Made by a program: the position numbers and the translations under genes
Part shown: one piece after another, positions 26,781-39,519 of the stretch
Numbering within the stretch: the first letter of the stretch is position 1
Layout: each line of letters begins with the position of its first letter
Notes under the pieces: model-generated
What the model saw: the letters and a program-made list of their open reading frames with translations, nothing else
Database searches by the model: none
What the model was told of the DNA's origin: nothing
Source: Octopus sinensis
Taxonomy: Eukaryota
Direction of reading: 5' to 3'
Assembly (NCBI RefSeq): GCF_006345805.1
Contig: NC_042999.1
Coordinates: forward strand, 25,544,001 to 25,608,000
Length of the DNA: 64,000 nucleotides

Positions 26781-27189
26781 GTGCGTGTGTATTTATGACA
26801 GTTGCTATTTTGGAAGAGAAGTTTACTGTTACTATGTTGGTAGAGATGATTCAAGAACCACCGCAATCAATAGCTCGTCGCCCCTGACCACCTCATCCCC
26901 TTCGTCTTCACTCTGTCTGTCTGTCTCTCTCTATCTGTGTATATCTCTGTCTGTTTCTCTCTCTCTCTCTGTATAGAATAAATAACTCGTGATCATTCAA
27001 GGTGAACAGATCCAGTAACAGTACCATTGAGGTGGGAGAGGGTTTTAATATGACTATTATGGTGTAAAATTATTGGTAGAGATGTGGTTAACATGCTGTT
27101 ATGTTATAAAAAACTACATTGTATGTATTTAACATACATACTCTTATACACCCACATACACATTTATGTAAACACGTATATGTATGTAC

Positions 27190-27583
27190 GCCATTGTTCA
27201 GTTTATTTCAAGATTTCTTGCCAATGGAGAAATAAACGGTTTCTAACTTAGATCAAAGGTTCCTTCATGATAGTGTATGTATGTATGTATGTATGTATGT
27301 GCAGATTTGTATGTTTTATGTATGAATTCTCATGCATATAGTTTCATATCTAGACAGGCTTGTATATATTTAAATGATAAACTTCTGGAGAGTTTCACAG
27401 ATTTTTACAGTTCCAGTGATGGATTGGATCTGTAGTCATTGAATTAGATTTCTCCTTTCTGGTTTTGAGAAGCCTAATTTCTCAAGATTGGTATTTAGGC
27501 AGTGTGTTGCATACCCCAGGGTCCCAATAATTACAGGTATAAACCCGAACTTGTAATCTGGATAGAGTAACTGCAGATTTCTC
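27190..27583 (-). mobile_element. 3' end of an RLE-type (R2 superfamily) LINE, family 2
   Basis: RNLQLLYPDYKFGFIPVIIGTLGYATHCLNTNLEKLGFSKPERRNLIQ*LQIQSITGTVKICETLQKFII* plus a 3'UTR homologous to 42900-43090. Confidence 0.85.
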
Positions 27584-28690
27584 TCACATATATACACACA
27601 CACACACACACACTTAATTAAACATACATATTTAAGAAGCAAATATGCATCGCACACAAAGACAAACCTTATTTCTGATGCACATAAGATGATGAAAATG
27701 TAGTAAGAATCTTCACTATATAAAAAATTATAGAAAAATAGGTGAAGTTAGAAAGGTTAAGATTCATAATGTTATGATGTGAAGATAGCAGAATATAAGA
27801 AAGAAAGAAATGTATTCAAAGTGAATTATAATAGTACACTAATAGTTCTTAGGTGTGAGAATTATTAGTACACTAATTGGCTTTAGGTGTGAGAAAGAGG
27901 ATAACAGGAAATATTTAAATGGAAGAAAAGAAGGATGGTACCAGAAAAACAGAATATTCAGATTTTCTAGGAAATATGAGGCAAGCTCTTGGGCATTAAT
28001 AGTATTTACAAGAAATTTCATTTTCTCGCTCATAATTTTCCTATTGCTGAAAAAGCAAAATATAAAATAATGGGAAGAATAGCATTTTACAGGGTAAATT
28101 TAATTTGGTGCCAACATATCGATTCAGTTTACTTACCAAAGTTAATATATTTATTGTAAGCATATAGGTAGTATATATTTCGAAAGTGCATATAACAGAC
28201 ACAAAATTCGCCTAACCATATTATTATTTTATTTTTCACTTTTGAGCAATCTGTCTTAAATTTCTCATCATTCAAGTTCCAAACATATAGCGACAACGAA
28301 GCAGCATTATTTTCATCTGCATCTTTTGTAATTCAATGTAATTTTCTTATGGCGCTGACAGACGACATTGATATAGAACTATAATATTAAGCCTTTGTTT
28401 GACTATTATGTTTTATGAATGCAATTCATATTGGTGCTGCATAACTGATAGGAAGTTTTCATCCGGTAGTCCGAGATGTATAGATGTAGATGAACTAATA
28501 TTTTTTGTGACAAAATAAATAATGTTGGTAGAGTTGGTAGTGCAGTTGATATGTAAGAAAATATTTACGATTACACTTAAAGAAGGTTTTGCTAATATTA
28601 TATACGAATGATACAAATTCATGCTGATATTTTTTAAAGTGTGGTGGTTCGTAAGAGGTGCAAACACTGAATTTAAAATATCTAGATATC

Positions 28691-29130
28691 ATAGGTGCAG
28701 GAGCGGCTGTGTGGTAAGTAGCTTGCTTACGAGCCACATGGTTCCGGGTTCATTCCCACTGCGTGGCACCTTGGGTAAGTGTCTTCTACTATAGCCTCAG
28801 GCCGACCAAAGCCTTGTGAATGGATTTGGTAGACGGAAAGTGAAAGAAACCCGTCGTATATATGTATATATGTATATATGTATATATGTATATATGTATA
28901 TATGTGTGTGTGTGTTTATGTGTTTGTGTTTTCCCCCTCCCCCCAACATCGCTTGAGGTGGCGTGTTTACATCTCCGTAACTTACAGTTTCGGTAGAAGT
29001 GACCGATATAATAAGTACTAGGCTTACAAAGAATAAGTCCTGGGGTCGATTTGCTCGACTAAAAAGGCGGTGCTCCAGCATGGCCACAGTCAAATGACTG
29101 AAGCAATTAAGAATAAGAGTAAGAGTAAAG
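28691..29130 (+). mobile_element. SINE family B
   Basis: Full head, body and GAGTAA tail. Confidence 0.9.
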
Positions 29131-29369
29131 ATAATTTGGATTTTGATTCATACAAACATACATACAGCACTATTACATTTGATGACATCAGGCGATAGTT
29201 ACATACAGTTAGTACTCAGGCAGCTTTGTTGCTAAATCTCCAACTTGAACAGTAATTGCTGCATAAAGATAGGCAGAGTACGTATATAATAGAATAAGAG
29301 CATTAATCTGACCTGATAACAGTTGTTTGTCTGTTTATGCTTTTATTCCATTCCAAAATACAATAATAC

Positions 29370-29647
29370 AAGCATACATGAATGCATATATACATACATA
29401 TACATTCATACATACATACAGACAAACACATTCATACGTACACACATACATATACACATATACATTCATACATATATACATGCATACATACGTCCAAATG
29501 TGTGCATATATATATATAATATATATATATATTATATATATATATATGTATCTATCTATTATCTATATATATATATCTATATATATATAGATATATATAC
29601 GTATATCTATATGTATATATGTATATGTATATATATAACATATATAT

Positions 29648-29685
<38 letters not shown>

Positions 29686-29710
29686 CGAGAATACAAATAT
29701 ATATATATAC
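29370..29710. repeat. (TACA)n/(TA)n microsatellite
   Basis: Direct reading. Confidence 0.85.
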
Positions 29711-30036
29711 CACATATCTAATCACCTGTCTATATGTGTGTGTACGTGTGTGCGTATTTCACGCTTCGAGAAAATATACATTATACATATATAGTTTTGC
29801 TGCACAATTTCCTGTAGCAACGTTGACAAGAGAAACTTTACAACACGTGTGTAATTGCGAGTTATTTATGTACACGAGTGTTTCTCTCTTTCTCTCTCTG
29901 AACACATGTGTACAGGCACACATGATGCTCATATTTCCGTGCATACGTGTTCTTGAGTTGCTTACAACGTGTTGCACATACATATATATATTTTTTATTC
30001 TGATCCACTCGCACATATAGCCATACCCTGTTAGGG

Positions 30037-30420
30037 ATGGAGGCGCAATGGCCCAGTGGTTAGGGCAGCGGATTCGCGGTCGTAGGATCGCGGTTTCGAT
30101 TCCCAGACAGGGCGTTGTGAGAGTTTATTGAGCGAAAATACCTCAAAGCTCCACGAGGCTCCGGCAGGGGATAATGGTGATCCCTGCTGTACTCTTTCAC
30201 CACAACTTCCTCTCACTCTTACTTCCTGTTTCTGTTGTACCTGCATTTCAAAGGGCCAGCCTTGTCACTCTCTGTGTCACGCTGAATATCCCCGAGAACT
30301 ACGTTAAGGGTGCCCGTGTCTGTGGAGTGCTCAGCCACTTACACGTTAATTTCACGAGCAGGCTGTTCCGTTGATTCGGATCAACCGGAACCCTCGTCGT
30401 CGTAACCGACTGAGTGCTTC
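30037..30420 (+). mobile_element. tRNA-derived SINE family C
   Basis: A box TGGCCCAGTGG, B box GGTTTCGATTCC; matches 15978-16360. Confidence 0.92.
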
Positions 30421-30809
30421 CAAGTGCGTATACACACATACAACACACACGCATGCGCACAAACGCACACACACACAGAGACACACACATATGTATATAT
30501 AGCTGTGCTTAATTATTTTAAATATTAAATACAAGACCAACCTCTTAGACAATTATGAACACAGAATATCCACAGTAAACCCCCTCAGTTAACAACTGAA
30601 GACTTCGCATTTGAGACTAGTTGTGATTCATTAGTTTCAGAGACACGCCTTGTTTCTGAGACTGCCTATTCATAAATCACTCAATCGTCAGGCATAAATC
30701 ACGCATAGACTTTGAATTGCCAATTAGTATTTGAAAAGAATTACGTAACACTGTGCATCAATACATTTTTTATAAATTTAATACGTATATTCTATAACTT
30801 CTTACAACT

Positions 30810-30890
30810 ATATTATATATATATATATATTATATATATAATATATATATATATATATATGTATAATATATATATAGAAATAAATAAATA

Positions 30891-30942
<52 letters not shown>

Positions 30943-31145
30943 GTAGATATATATGTATATATATATGTGTATATATAGATATATATGTAGATATATATAT
31001 ATATATATGTATATAAGTATATATGTATATATTATATAATATATATAGTATATATATAGATATATATATATATTATAATATATATATATGTATATAATGA
31101 GTAATATATATATATATATATATTATATATATTTATATAGATATT
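30810..31145. repeat. Long degenerate (TA)n
   Basis: Direct reading. Confidence 0.9.
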
Positions 31146-31385
31146 ATAAAGTTCCTAACAGAAGTACATAAAAGCTATAAAACACTTATTTTCTCTAATG
31201 TAGTGCAGTTACTTCAGCGGTATTATAGAAAAATGTGAAGTAACGCAATTTCACTAGTGAATGTTGATACGTTCGCTTGTCACAGCAAGCGAGCCTGCTG
31301 AAGATTTTTAAGAATATCTGTGAAAGTGTGATAACGCTTTTTAATACAAGCAGAAAACATCACATTAACAAGACATAACGATATA

Positions 31386-31670
31386 TCTATTATATAAAAT
31401 CCGTTCTGTGTGTGTGTGTCTTCTAGGATCTCGGGCATCCTCCATCCCTTGCGTTCAAATTAGATATGTAGATACCGACGGTATCAGGGCGTGTATAGGT
31501 CTTCGGAAAAATTACAAAAATCGATTCCAGGTGAGAATATGATCGATAAAGCATTAGGAACGTGCATTTGTACGCGCAAGTACATCAGCTGTTGCGGTCG
31601 ATACTAGGCGTACGCGAGAAAAAGGTTATCTTTATTTCTTCTTTTGCTGGTGTCTCAAATTTAGGTTAAA
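31386..31670 (+). mobile_element. Possible DINE/HINE-like rolling-circle element 5' fragment
   Basis: Starts TCTATTATATAAAATCCGTTCTGTGTGTGTGTGTC, the typical TC..TATATAAAA plus short microsatellite opening. Confidence 0.35.
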
Positions 31671-31960
31671 TCAGTGTTTCTCAAAGGGGAGGCCTATGGA
31701 ACGGTCGGACAATTTGTTTTGAGAAAATTTGGTTTAAATGTTGAACAATTCAGCACCATCCATTGGACGGGGTGGGGGTTGCTCGTATAGATATATATTT
31801 AAAAGTCGTTGCAGAAAGTACTTGATACAACCACAGTATATAAATAAAGATTTTCTTAAATGTTATTAACTATTTTTAAAAAATTATTAAAAAACCGAAC
31901 GGGTTAGAAGTTTATCGTATTGCGTGTAAGCACTTTCATTTTTGCTTTGTTTTTCTTTTT

Positions 31961-32169
31961 TCTTTTTTACTTGTTTCAGTCATTTGACTGCGGCCATGCT
32001 GGAGCACCGCCTTTAGTCGAGCAGATCGACCCCGGGAGTTATTCTATGTAAGCCCAGTACTTATTCGATCGGTCTCTTTTTGCCGAACTGCTAAGTGACG
32101 GGGACATAAACACACGAGCATTGGTTGTCAAGCGATATTGAGGGGACAAACGCAGACACACAAACATAT

Positions 32170-32214
<45 letters not shown>

Positions 32215-32381
32215 TACGACGGGCTTCTTTCAGTTTCCGTCTACCAAATCCACTCACAAGGCATTGGTCGACCCGGGGCTATAGCAGAAGACACTTGCCC
32301 AATTGCCACGCAGTGGGACTGAACCCGGAATCAAGTGGCTGGTAAACAAGCCACTTACCACACAGCCACTCCTGCGCCTAT
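31961..32381 (-). mobile_element. SINE family B
   Basis: Full-length match to the other B copies. Confidence 0.9.
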
Positions 32382-32419
32382 GCAACTTTTCCAAACATTA
32401 CTAAAACCAATTTCCTCTC

Positions 32420-32745
32420 TGCAGATTCAATTGGTGTGACTTTGAACTGATTGATCATCTTCCGTGTTCTCTTGTTTTAACTTATCTGATTACCATCTGT
32501 TGGCCAACATGAAAACACACTTAGCTGGAAATTAGTATCGCAGTGTAATGAGGTATCAATTGTTAATGGTGATATGTCTTTACCAACAGAATGAAAACTT
32601 CTACAGCAATGCGATCGAGGCCCTAAAACATCGATGGAGGAAGTTAGTGGACAGCAAAGAAGATTAATGTTGAAAAACAAACGTCATTTAGTCCATCCAT
32701 GAGTGTATACTTGTCAGCCTCTGAACTTTTCAGCCGAACCTCGCA
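32420..32745 (+). mobile_element. Mariner transposase C-terminal relic with 3' TIR
   Basis: Degenerate FELIDHxPxSxDLxxSDYHL..NMKTHLAG...ALKHRWRKLVD, ending AACTTTTCAGCCGAACCTCG. Confidence 0.75.
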
Positions 32746-32777
32746 TGTGTGTATATATATATATATATATCTACCTG

Positions 32778-32839
<62 letters not shown>

Positions 32840-33080
32840 ATTCTACCTGACAATATATCTACCTGACAATTTCTTGTTAAGTTTTCCTTATTAAGTAGTT
32901 GTCCTTAATTGCTAAATTTTTATTCCGAAAAAAACTTTCCTCTCCCGAAATGCAATTCGTAAAAGTTTGCCATTTATCCGGATGTAATATATGTAAACTC
33001 ACCCATGTGCTTCGTTGATGTTGAGCAGTTAGCTGATCGGCTTAAGCGGGGCAGGGTCGTTGTTTATTTATAATACATTC

Positions 33081-33128
33081 AGGCCTGCTGATGAGTACGT
33101 AAGTATGAAATCACTGTGATACAGGTCT
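33081..33128 (+). ncRNA. Type I hammerhead ribozyme HHR-1a
   Basis: Stem I AGGCCUG/CAGGUCU, core CUGAUGA (33088-94), stem II GUAC-GUAA-GUAU, GAAA (33107-10), stem III UCA-CUG-UGA, cleavage triplet AUA (cut after 33121). Confidence 0.85.
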
Positions 33129-33559
33129 ATATATTTTTTAAATGTCTTACTTTGAAAAATTGCATTCGGTGGGATTAGTAATATTTTTGGTAGAAATGAC
33201 TAATTGTCTCCTCTTAGCGTTTGCATGTATGTATAATGCCTTCTGGCATGTATGTATAATGCCCTCTATATATAAATTAATATGTTCAATAAGAAATAAT
33301 TATTTTCGAAATTTTTTCTCTTATGAGGTTTTTACGCTATCTACCTGACAATTTCTTGTTAAGTTTTTCTTATTAAGTATTGTCCTTAATTGCTAAATTT
33401 TTATTCCGAAAAAAACTTTTCCTCTCCCGAAATGCAATTCGTAAAAGTTTGCCATTTATCCGGATGTAATATATAAACTCACCCATGTGCTTCGTTGATG
33501 TTGATCAGTTAGCTGATCGGCTTAAGCGGGGCAGGGTCGTTGTTTATTTATATACATTC

Positions 33560-33607
33560 AGGCCTGCTGATGAGTACGTAAGTATGAAATCACTGTGATA
33601 CAGGTCT
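33560..33607 (+). ncRNA. Type I hammerhead ribozyme HHR-1b (identical to 1a)
   Basis: Same 48-nt motif; core 33567-73; predicted cut after 33600. Confidence 0.85.
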
Positions 33608-33821
33608 ATATATTTTTTTAAATGTCTTACTTTGAAAAATTGCATTCGGTGGGATTAGTAATATTTTTGGTAGAAATGACTAATTGTCCCTCTTAGCGTT
33701 TGGCATGTATGTATAATGCCTTCTGGCATGTATGTATAATGGCCTCTTATATATAAATTAAAAAATATATATGTATATATATATATATATATATACATAT
33801 ATATACATATATATATAATAT

Positions 33822-33865
<44 letters not shown>

Positions 33866-34201
33866 CTATATAGTATATATACTGCACACACATATAGGTA
33901 TGTTTATATATATATATATGTGTGTGTGTGTGGTAGCAATGTATATAAAAACAAGTTGTTTTCACGTGCGTGTATGTTATAAAATCAATGTTGGGCGAAG
34001 TCATCATTTCCTCAGTCTTAGTAATGATTCTATGCTTATGACTCCCAAAGGGCTCTGAAAATATCAATACTATTTAAGTAAAGCTATATGAACATTAATG
34101 TATTAGGGCGAGGTGGACAGTAAATTTGTCATCACTATCTGATTAATATTCTTTTTGATGTTACAGCGAATTTGTTGAAAAAAATATTCTGCTCATATAA
34201 T

Positions 34202-34655
34202 AAGGCGGTGAGCTGGCAGAAACGTTACCAGTCCGGGCGAAAAGCTTAGCGGTATTTCGTCTGCCGCTACGTTCTGAGTTCAAATTCCGCCGAGGTCGAC
34301 TTTGCCTTTCATCCTTTCGGGGTCGATTAAATAAATACCAGTTACGCACTGGGGTCGATATAATCGACTTAATCCGTTTGTTTGTCCTTGTTTGTCCTCT
34401 CTGTGTTTAGCCCTTTGTGGGTAGTAAAGAAATAGGTATTTCGTCTGCTGCTACACGTTCTGAGTTCAAATTCCGCTGAGGGTGACTTTGGCTTTCATGT
34501 TTTCGGGGTCGATTAAATAAGAACCAGTTATGCACTGGGGTCGATATAATCGACTTAATCCGTTTGTCTGTCCTTGTTTGTCCTCTCTGAGTTTAGCCCC
34601 TTGTGGGTAGTAAAGAAATAGGTATTTCGACTGTCTTGACGTTCTGTGTTCAAAT
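34202..34655 (+). mobile_element. SINE family A with two full tandem units and the start of a third
   Basis: Head GGCGGTGAGCTGGCAGAAACGTTA; units restart gtatttcg at about 34252, 34436 and 34622. Confidence 0.9.
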
Positions 34656-34849
34656 TATATATACACCCCCCCACACACATACATCTATCTACATAACAGT
34701 CTACTAACTATTCTACACTACCTGTGCAAACTGTGGGTATGGGGGTATGCTATCCACTATTTGTATATCCTGTTTAGTATTGGGGAAGAGTCATTTATGA
34801 GGACGTATGTGTACAAATGTGTCTGCTTGTGTCTGTATGTTTACTCCAC

Positions 34850-35015
34850 GACAGTTTGACAACCGGTGTTGATATATTTACGTTCCTGTAACTTTACGGT
34901 TCGACTAAAATCCCGATAAAATAAGTACCAGGGTTAAAAAAACAAATACTTGGGTCATTCAGCAAAGATTCTGCTAAGACTGCATGGCCGCAGTTTAAAG
35001 ACTGATACAAATAAA
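34850..35015 (+). mobile_element. Degenerate SINE family B 3' half
   Basis: tttgacaaccggtgttg...aataagtacc...catggccgcagt. Confidence 0.55.
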
Positions 35016-35101
35016 AGATAAAAGTTGTATGGTGGAGCTCCAGCATGGGGCGCCGTATGGCTGAAAAGGTTTAAAGAACATGTATGTATATAAATAAGTG
35101 A

Positions 35102-35134
<33 letters not shown>

Positions 35135-35206
35135 ATATATATGTGTATATTTGTGCGTTGAAATAGTAATTTGTGTATAATATACAAAGACACACACAGA
35201 TATGTA

Positions 35207-35412
35207 TATACTTTATTATTACTAAAGCTGCAAAAACATCTCAAAAACATCTCACAAAGCTGCTACTCAGAGTATCACGTTTCCGTTCATCGGGCAGTTT
35301 AGGTTGAGAAATCTAAACCGTCCGACGAACGGGAACATGAAACACTGAGCAGCAGTTTTTTTGTGAGATTCTTATGTGATGTTTTTGCAGCTATAGTAAC
35401 ATTAAAGCATAT
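35207..35412. mobile_element. Foldback MITE (about 95-bp inverted arms, about 14-nt spacer)
   Basis: The reverse complement of the right arm aligns with the left arm (ctaaagctgcaaaaacatc...ttccgttcatcgggcagttt); TA at the ends. Confidence 0.8.
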
Positions 35413-35609
35413 TACTCTTTCTCCGGTAGTCGAGTACTATTTTTCTTTAGCTTTTTTCACATTTACGTGCTTCCCTTGGTATATATGCATATATATGCAT
35501 GTTTATTTGTACTCATATACGCAGCAAAGTACACAAGTATATACATATATATCTATATATAAGTGTGTGTCTGGAGGTTATCAACACCCCGGTAAAATTG
35601 CTTTGTGCC

Positions 35610-35775
35610 ATTCAGTCCATCTTTATGTTTTGAGCTCAAATTCTGCCAGGGTCGACTTTCTCTTTCGTCCTTTCGGTATCGATAAAGCAATTACCAATTG
35701 AGGAATAGGGTCGATGTAATTGATTTACTCTCTCCTCCGAATTTGCTTGTCTTCTGCCAACATTTGAAACCAATA
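35610..35775 (+). mobile_element. Degenerate SINE family A body
   Basis: tttgagctcaaattctgccagggtcgactttctctttcgtcctttcggtatcgataaa...gggtcgatgtaattgat. Confidence 0.6.
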
Positions 35776-36414
35776 AAAAGAAAAAATCTTAATAACATTG
35801 AAAGCACAAACAAATTGGAACATTACACACTTGTGCCGCTCTAGACCGACAAATAAATGAAATAATTGATGTTAATGACTTGATATAATATCAGGTAATG
35901 AATTTTCTCTTATACCTTTACTACACATATAAATCTTGCTTACCACGTTGTCATTGGTTGTTTGGTTTCTAAATAAAGCAACTATATACACACTGTAGTC
36001 GACGCCATCCATGAAATATTGATGATAGTAAGGGACAACTACAATTGACATAGTTTACGTACATGTGTATTTAGAGAAAGAGAGAAAGGGAGGGAGGTGG
36101 AGGAAGAAGATGTGGTAGTAATAACGATTCTTTTATTAACCAATCAATAAGGGTTTCATATTGAACATGGCGCTTAACATTTATATTTCCTTTATTATTT
36201 TTTTTGATTTTATTAAAATTTGTTTTCTGCTTATTTATGTTAACAAATTTTGTTTCATTTCTATGCATTTTTGGTATAGTTTTCAGTTTCCAAAGTATTT
36301 GCTTGTATTTCACAACTCTTTATCACATTAAGTATAGAATACACAATATAGTTAGTAATCATACCTACGTATATACATGCATATATACATACATATATAC
36401 ATATATACATACAT

Positions 36415-36448
<34 letters not shown>

Positions 36449-36451
<3 letters not shown>

Positions 36452-36790
36452 CTGTATTGATGGCCTGTAAGACCCACCTTCGTTTTAACCCCAAAATCGG
36501 CTTAAAAATCCACCTACGTCCAATACACACATTGTACGCTCAAAACTCGCTCAAAACGGTATGTATTTATACAAAAAGTGTGCTGCCATCTATTGGTGAA
36601 CAATTGCCTGCGGTATGTTTATATCGAATGTGGATACAATAAATTGCTTATAATAAAAGGTAATAACATAAAGTTATACAGGTAAGTGAAGGAATTAAAA
36701 CATAGTGGTAATTTATTTTACAAAAGTATAGCCAAGGCTAGGGTGCGTCCTATGCACACGTGCATCTTATAGGCCATCGAAAAATGTGTG
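36449..36790. mobile_element. MITE with pogo/Tc1-mariner-like TIRs inserted in (TA)n
   Basis: 5' TACTGTATTGATGGCCTGTAAGACCCACC vs 3' reverse complement ...TTTCGATGGCCTATAAGATGCAC...ATAGGACGCACC. Confidence 0.55.
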
Positions 36791-36807
36791 TGTATATATA
36801 TATATGT

Positions 36808-36863
<56 letters not shown>

Positions 36864-36892
36864 ATATATATATATATTATATATATATAATG

Positions 36893-37023
<131 letters not shown>

Positions 37024-37049
37024 AGTATATATATATGTAATCGACTAAA

Positions 37050-37208
37050 TGTAATAGGTGGCGACTAGTCAATACATGGACGACAGTGTTTCACTGGTAC
37101 TTAATTACCGATCCCGAAAGGAAAAAAGGCAAAGCGACCTCGGCGGAATTTAATCTCAGAACGTAGCGACGGGCAAAATGCCACTAACGATTCTTCCAGC
37201 TCGCCACT
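37050..37208 (-). mobile_element. SINE family A copy (head and part of body)
   Basis: ggcaaagcgacctcggcggaatttaatctcagaacgtagcgacgggcaaaatgcc...aacgattcttccagctcgcc. Confidence 0.75.
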
Positions 37209-37266
37209 TGAGTAATAATAATAATAGTAGTAGTAGTAGTATGTGTAGTAGTAGTAGTAGTAGTAA

Positions 37267-37299
<33 letters not shown>

Positions 37300-37312
37300 C
37301 AGTAGTAGTAGC

Positions 37313-37343
<31 letters not shown>

Positions 37344-37369
37344 ATAATAATAATAATAATAATAATAAT

Positions 37370-37432
<63 letters not shown>

Positions 37433-37434
<2 letters not shown>

Positions 37435-37772
37435 CAACGTGTCTCTAAAAGAAATGGAGAAACTCTCAAAATACAAAGACCTGGAAATAGAAGTAACTAG
37501 AATGTGGAACCTGAAAACAGAAACAATTCCTATCATAGTAGGTGCATTAGGCATGATAAAAAAATATTCAGACAAATACATAACAAAAACACCAGGACTT
37601 ACAAACACATATAACATACAGAAAATTGCACTACTAGGCACTGCACACATCCTACGCAGAACACTTTCCATACAATAACCATCAGAGCATCACAACAAAT
37701 CACAGCACATACCCAAGGGACACAGAGCTGCGCTCGGTAGTGAAGTGAAAGCACGCTATAAAAATAAAACTA

Positions 37773-37775
<3 letters not shown>
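37433..37775 (+). mobile_element. 5'-truncated R4/Dong-type RLE LINE, copy 1 (RLE C-terminus plus 3'UTR)
   Basis: DNVSLKEMEKLSKYKDLEIEVTRMWNLKTETIPIIVGALGMIKKYSDKYITKTPGLTNTYNIQKIALLGTAHILRRTLSIQ*; flanked by (TAA)n on both sides. Confidence 0.9.
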
Positions 37776-37804
<29 letters not shown>

Positions 37805-37805
<1 letters not shown>

Positions 37806-39032
37806 TCCCCACACATGGATCCTAGAAACACTAAACATGAACAAGGTAGTACCAATGATCATAAAATATATAACGCATTCCATGAATAAATTGTAGAGAG
37901 TGCTACAGCTCCATACAAAAGAGGGACTCCTAAAAATCAAAACCACCTCCATTAAAAGAGGAATATTCCAGGGTGCTGCTTTCTCCACTCCTTTTCTGCT
38001 TGGCACTGACGCCTTTATCTGATATGCTAAACAGAACTGGATGCGGATGCAATTGTTACGGCAAAACAATCAATAACCTCTTATGTATCGATGACCTAAA
38101 ACTGTACGCTACAAATGATAAACAGCTGGAAACATTACTACAGACAGTGCATAGATTTACCTAAGAAATAAATATAAAATTTGGCTTAGAAAAATGTACC
38201 AAAGCAACCTTAAAAAGAGAGAAGCTAGTTAAGAATAGCAACATCACACTAGATAAAGCAAGTGAAATAAGAGAATTAGACCAAAGCCGGATATACAAAT
38301 ACTTAGGAATCAATGAACTAGATACGATACAACACACTCAAATGTGAAGAGAAAATATAAAAAAGAATAGTATAGGCGAGTCGGATTATTACTGAAAACA
38401 GAGCTCAATGCGAAAAACAAGATAATAGATAACGACACTCTAGCCGTCCCACTTATAAGTTACAGCTACAACATCCATAACTGGACACTATATGAAGTAA
38501 TCAAAATAGACAGGAAAAACAAGAAAAATAATGACAGGATTTAGGTCATTAGAAAATGAGAAAGCAGCCATAGTATGGGATATGCCAATACACAAAAATA
38601 GAGAAACTAAGGCCAATAGGCCAAATATAGTTTTCAGAGATCATCAATAAGAAAATGCCTTCTAATTGATGTATCAGTACCAACAGGTGACAACGTTTCT
38701 CTAAAAAAAATTGAGAAAATTTCAAAATACAAAGACCTAGAATGAGAGGTAACTCAAATTTGGAATCTAAAACCAGAAATAATTCCTATCATAATAGGCG
38801 CATTTTGGTATGATAAAACAAATATTCAGACAAATACATAACAAAAACAACAAGGCTAACAAATATATATAATATACAGAAAATGGCACTACTAGGTACC
38901 ATACACATCATACATAAAACAATTTCAATACAGTAACTATAAGAGCATCATATCAAGCCACAGCACATACCCAAGGCAGACAGAGCTGCGCTCGGCAGTG
39001 AAGTGGAAGCATATGATAAAAAGACTACTGAA
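37805..39032 (+). mobile_element. R4/Dong-type RLE LINE, copy 2 (RT domain, internal deletion, RLE, 3'UTR), frameshifted
   Basis: PHTWILETL...KRGIFQG / LSPLLFCLALTPLS..L / INNLLCIDDLKLYA / KFGLEKC / KYLGINE / ENEKAAIVWDMPI...ANRPNIV / LGTIHI; 3'UTR shared with copy 1. Confidence 0.9.
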
Positions 39033-39100
39033 TGATAATAAAAATATTATTATTATTACTACTACTACTACTACTACTACTACTAATAATAATAATAATA

Positions 39101-39505
39101 AAGTGAAATTCAGGCCAATAGGCCGGATATAGTTGTCAGAGATCATCTAGAAGAAAACTGTTTTCTAATAGATGTATCAATACCAACAAAGAAATGGAGA
39201 AACTTTCAAAATACAAAGACCTGGAAATAGAGCTGATTGGAATGTGTAGTCTAAAATAGAAAAAAAGTTCCTCTCATTGGCACATTAGGTTTGTTAAAAC
39301 AAAAAAAAAAAACTTCAGAGAAATACATAACAAAACACCAAGACTGACAGGCACATATAACATACAAAAAATAGCACTACTATGCACACATACTACGTAA
39401 AATACTTTCAATACAGTGAATGTAAACGTACCACAACACACCACAACCCATATCCAAGGAACACAACACAGCGCTCCGTATTGCAGTGAAAGGACGTGAT
39501 AAAAG
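39101..39505 (+). mobile_element. R4/Dong-type RLE LINE, copy 3
   Basis: EIQANRPDIVVRDHLEENCFLIDVSIP...KEMEKLSKYKDLEIE (RPD...D..P nuclease motif); follows (TAT)(TAC)(TAA)n. Confidence 0.85.
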
Positions 39506-39519
39506 TAATAATGAAAATA

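Larger units (their letters stand above)
32856..33760 (+). mobile_element. Tandem 1.9-mer of a 480-nt non-coding unit with two hammerhead ribozymes (putative non-LTR retrozyme)
   Basis: Units start TATCTACCTGACAATTTC at 32856 and 33338 and are nearly identical; flanked on both sides by (TA)n; no credible ORF. Confidence 0.85.

Noticed and set aside
28230-28680. ORFs 28413-28667 and 28495-28737
   Set aside because: AT-rich, partly SINE-derived, no domain similarity recognisable.
30635-30695. Minus-strand CUGACGA-U-UGAG...CUCA-GAAA-CA..UG-UC
   Set aside because: Core, stem II and GUC are present but no stem I pairing can be formed; worth rechecking against a family consensus.
31288-31345. GCCTGCTGAAGA...TGAAAGTGTGATA, superficially like HHR-1
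   Set aside because: Stem II and stem III cannot pair; relic or coincidence.
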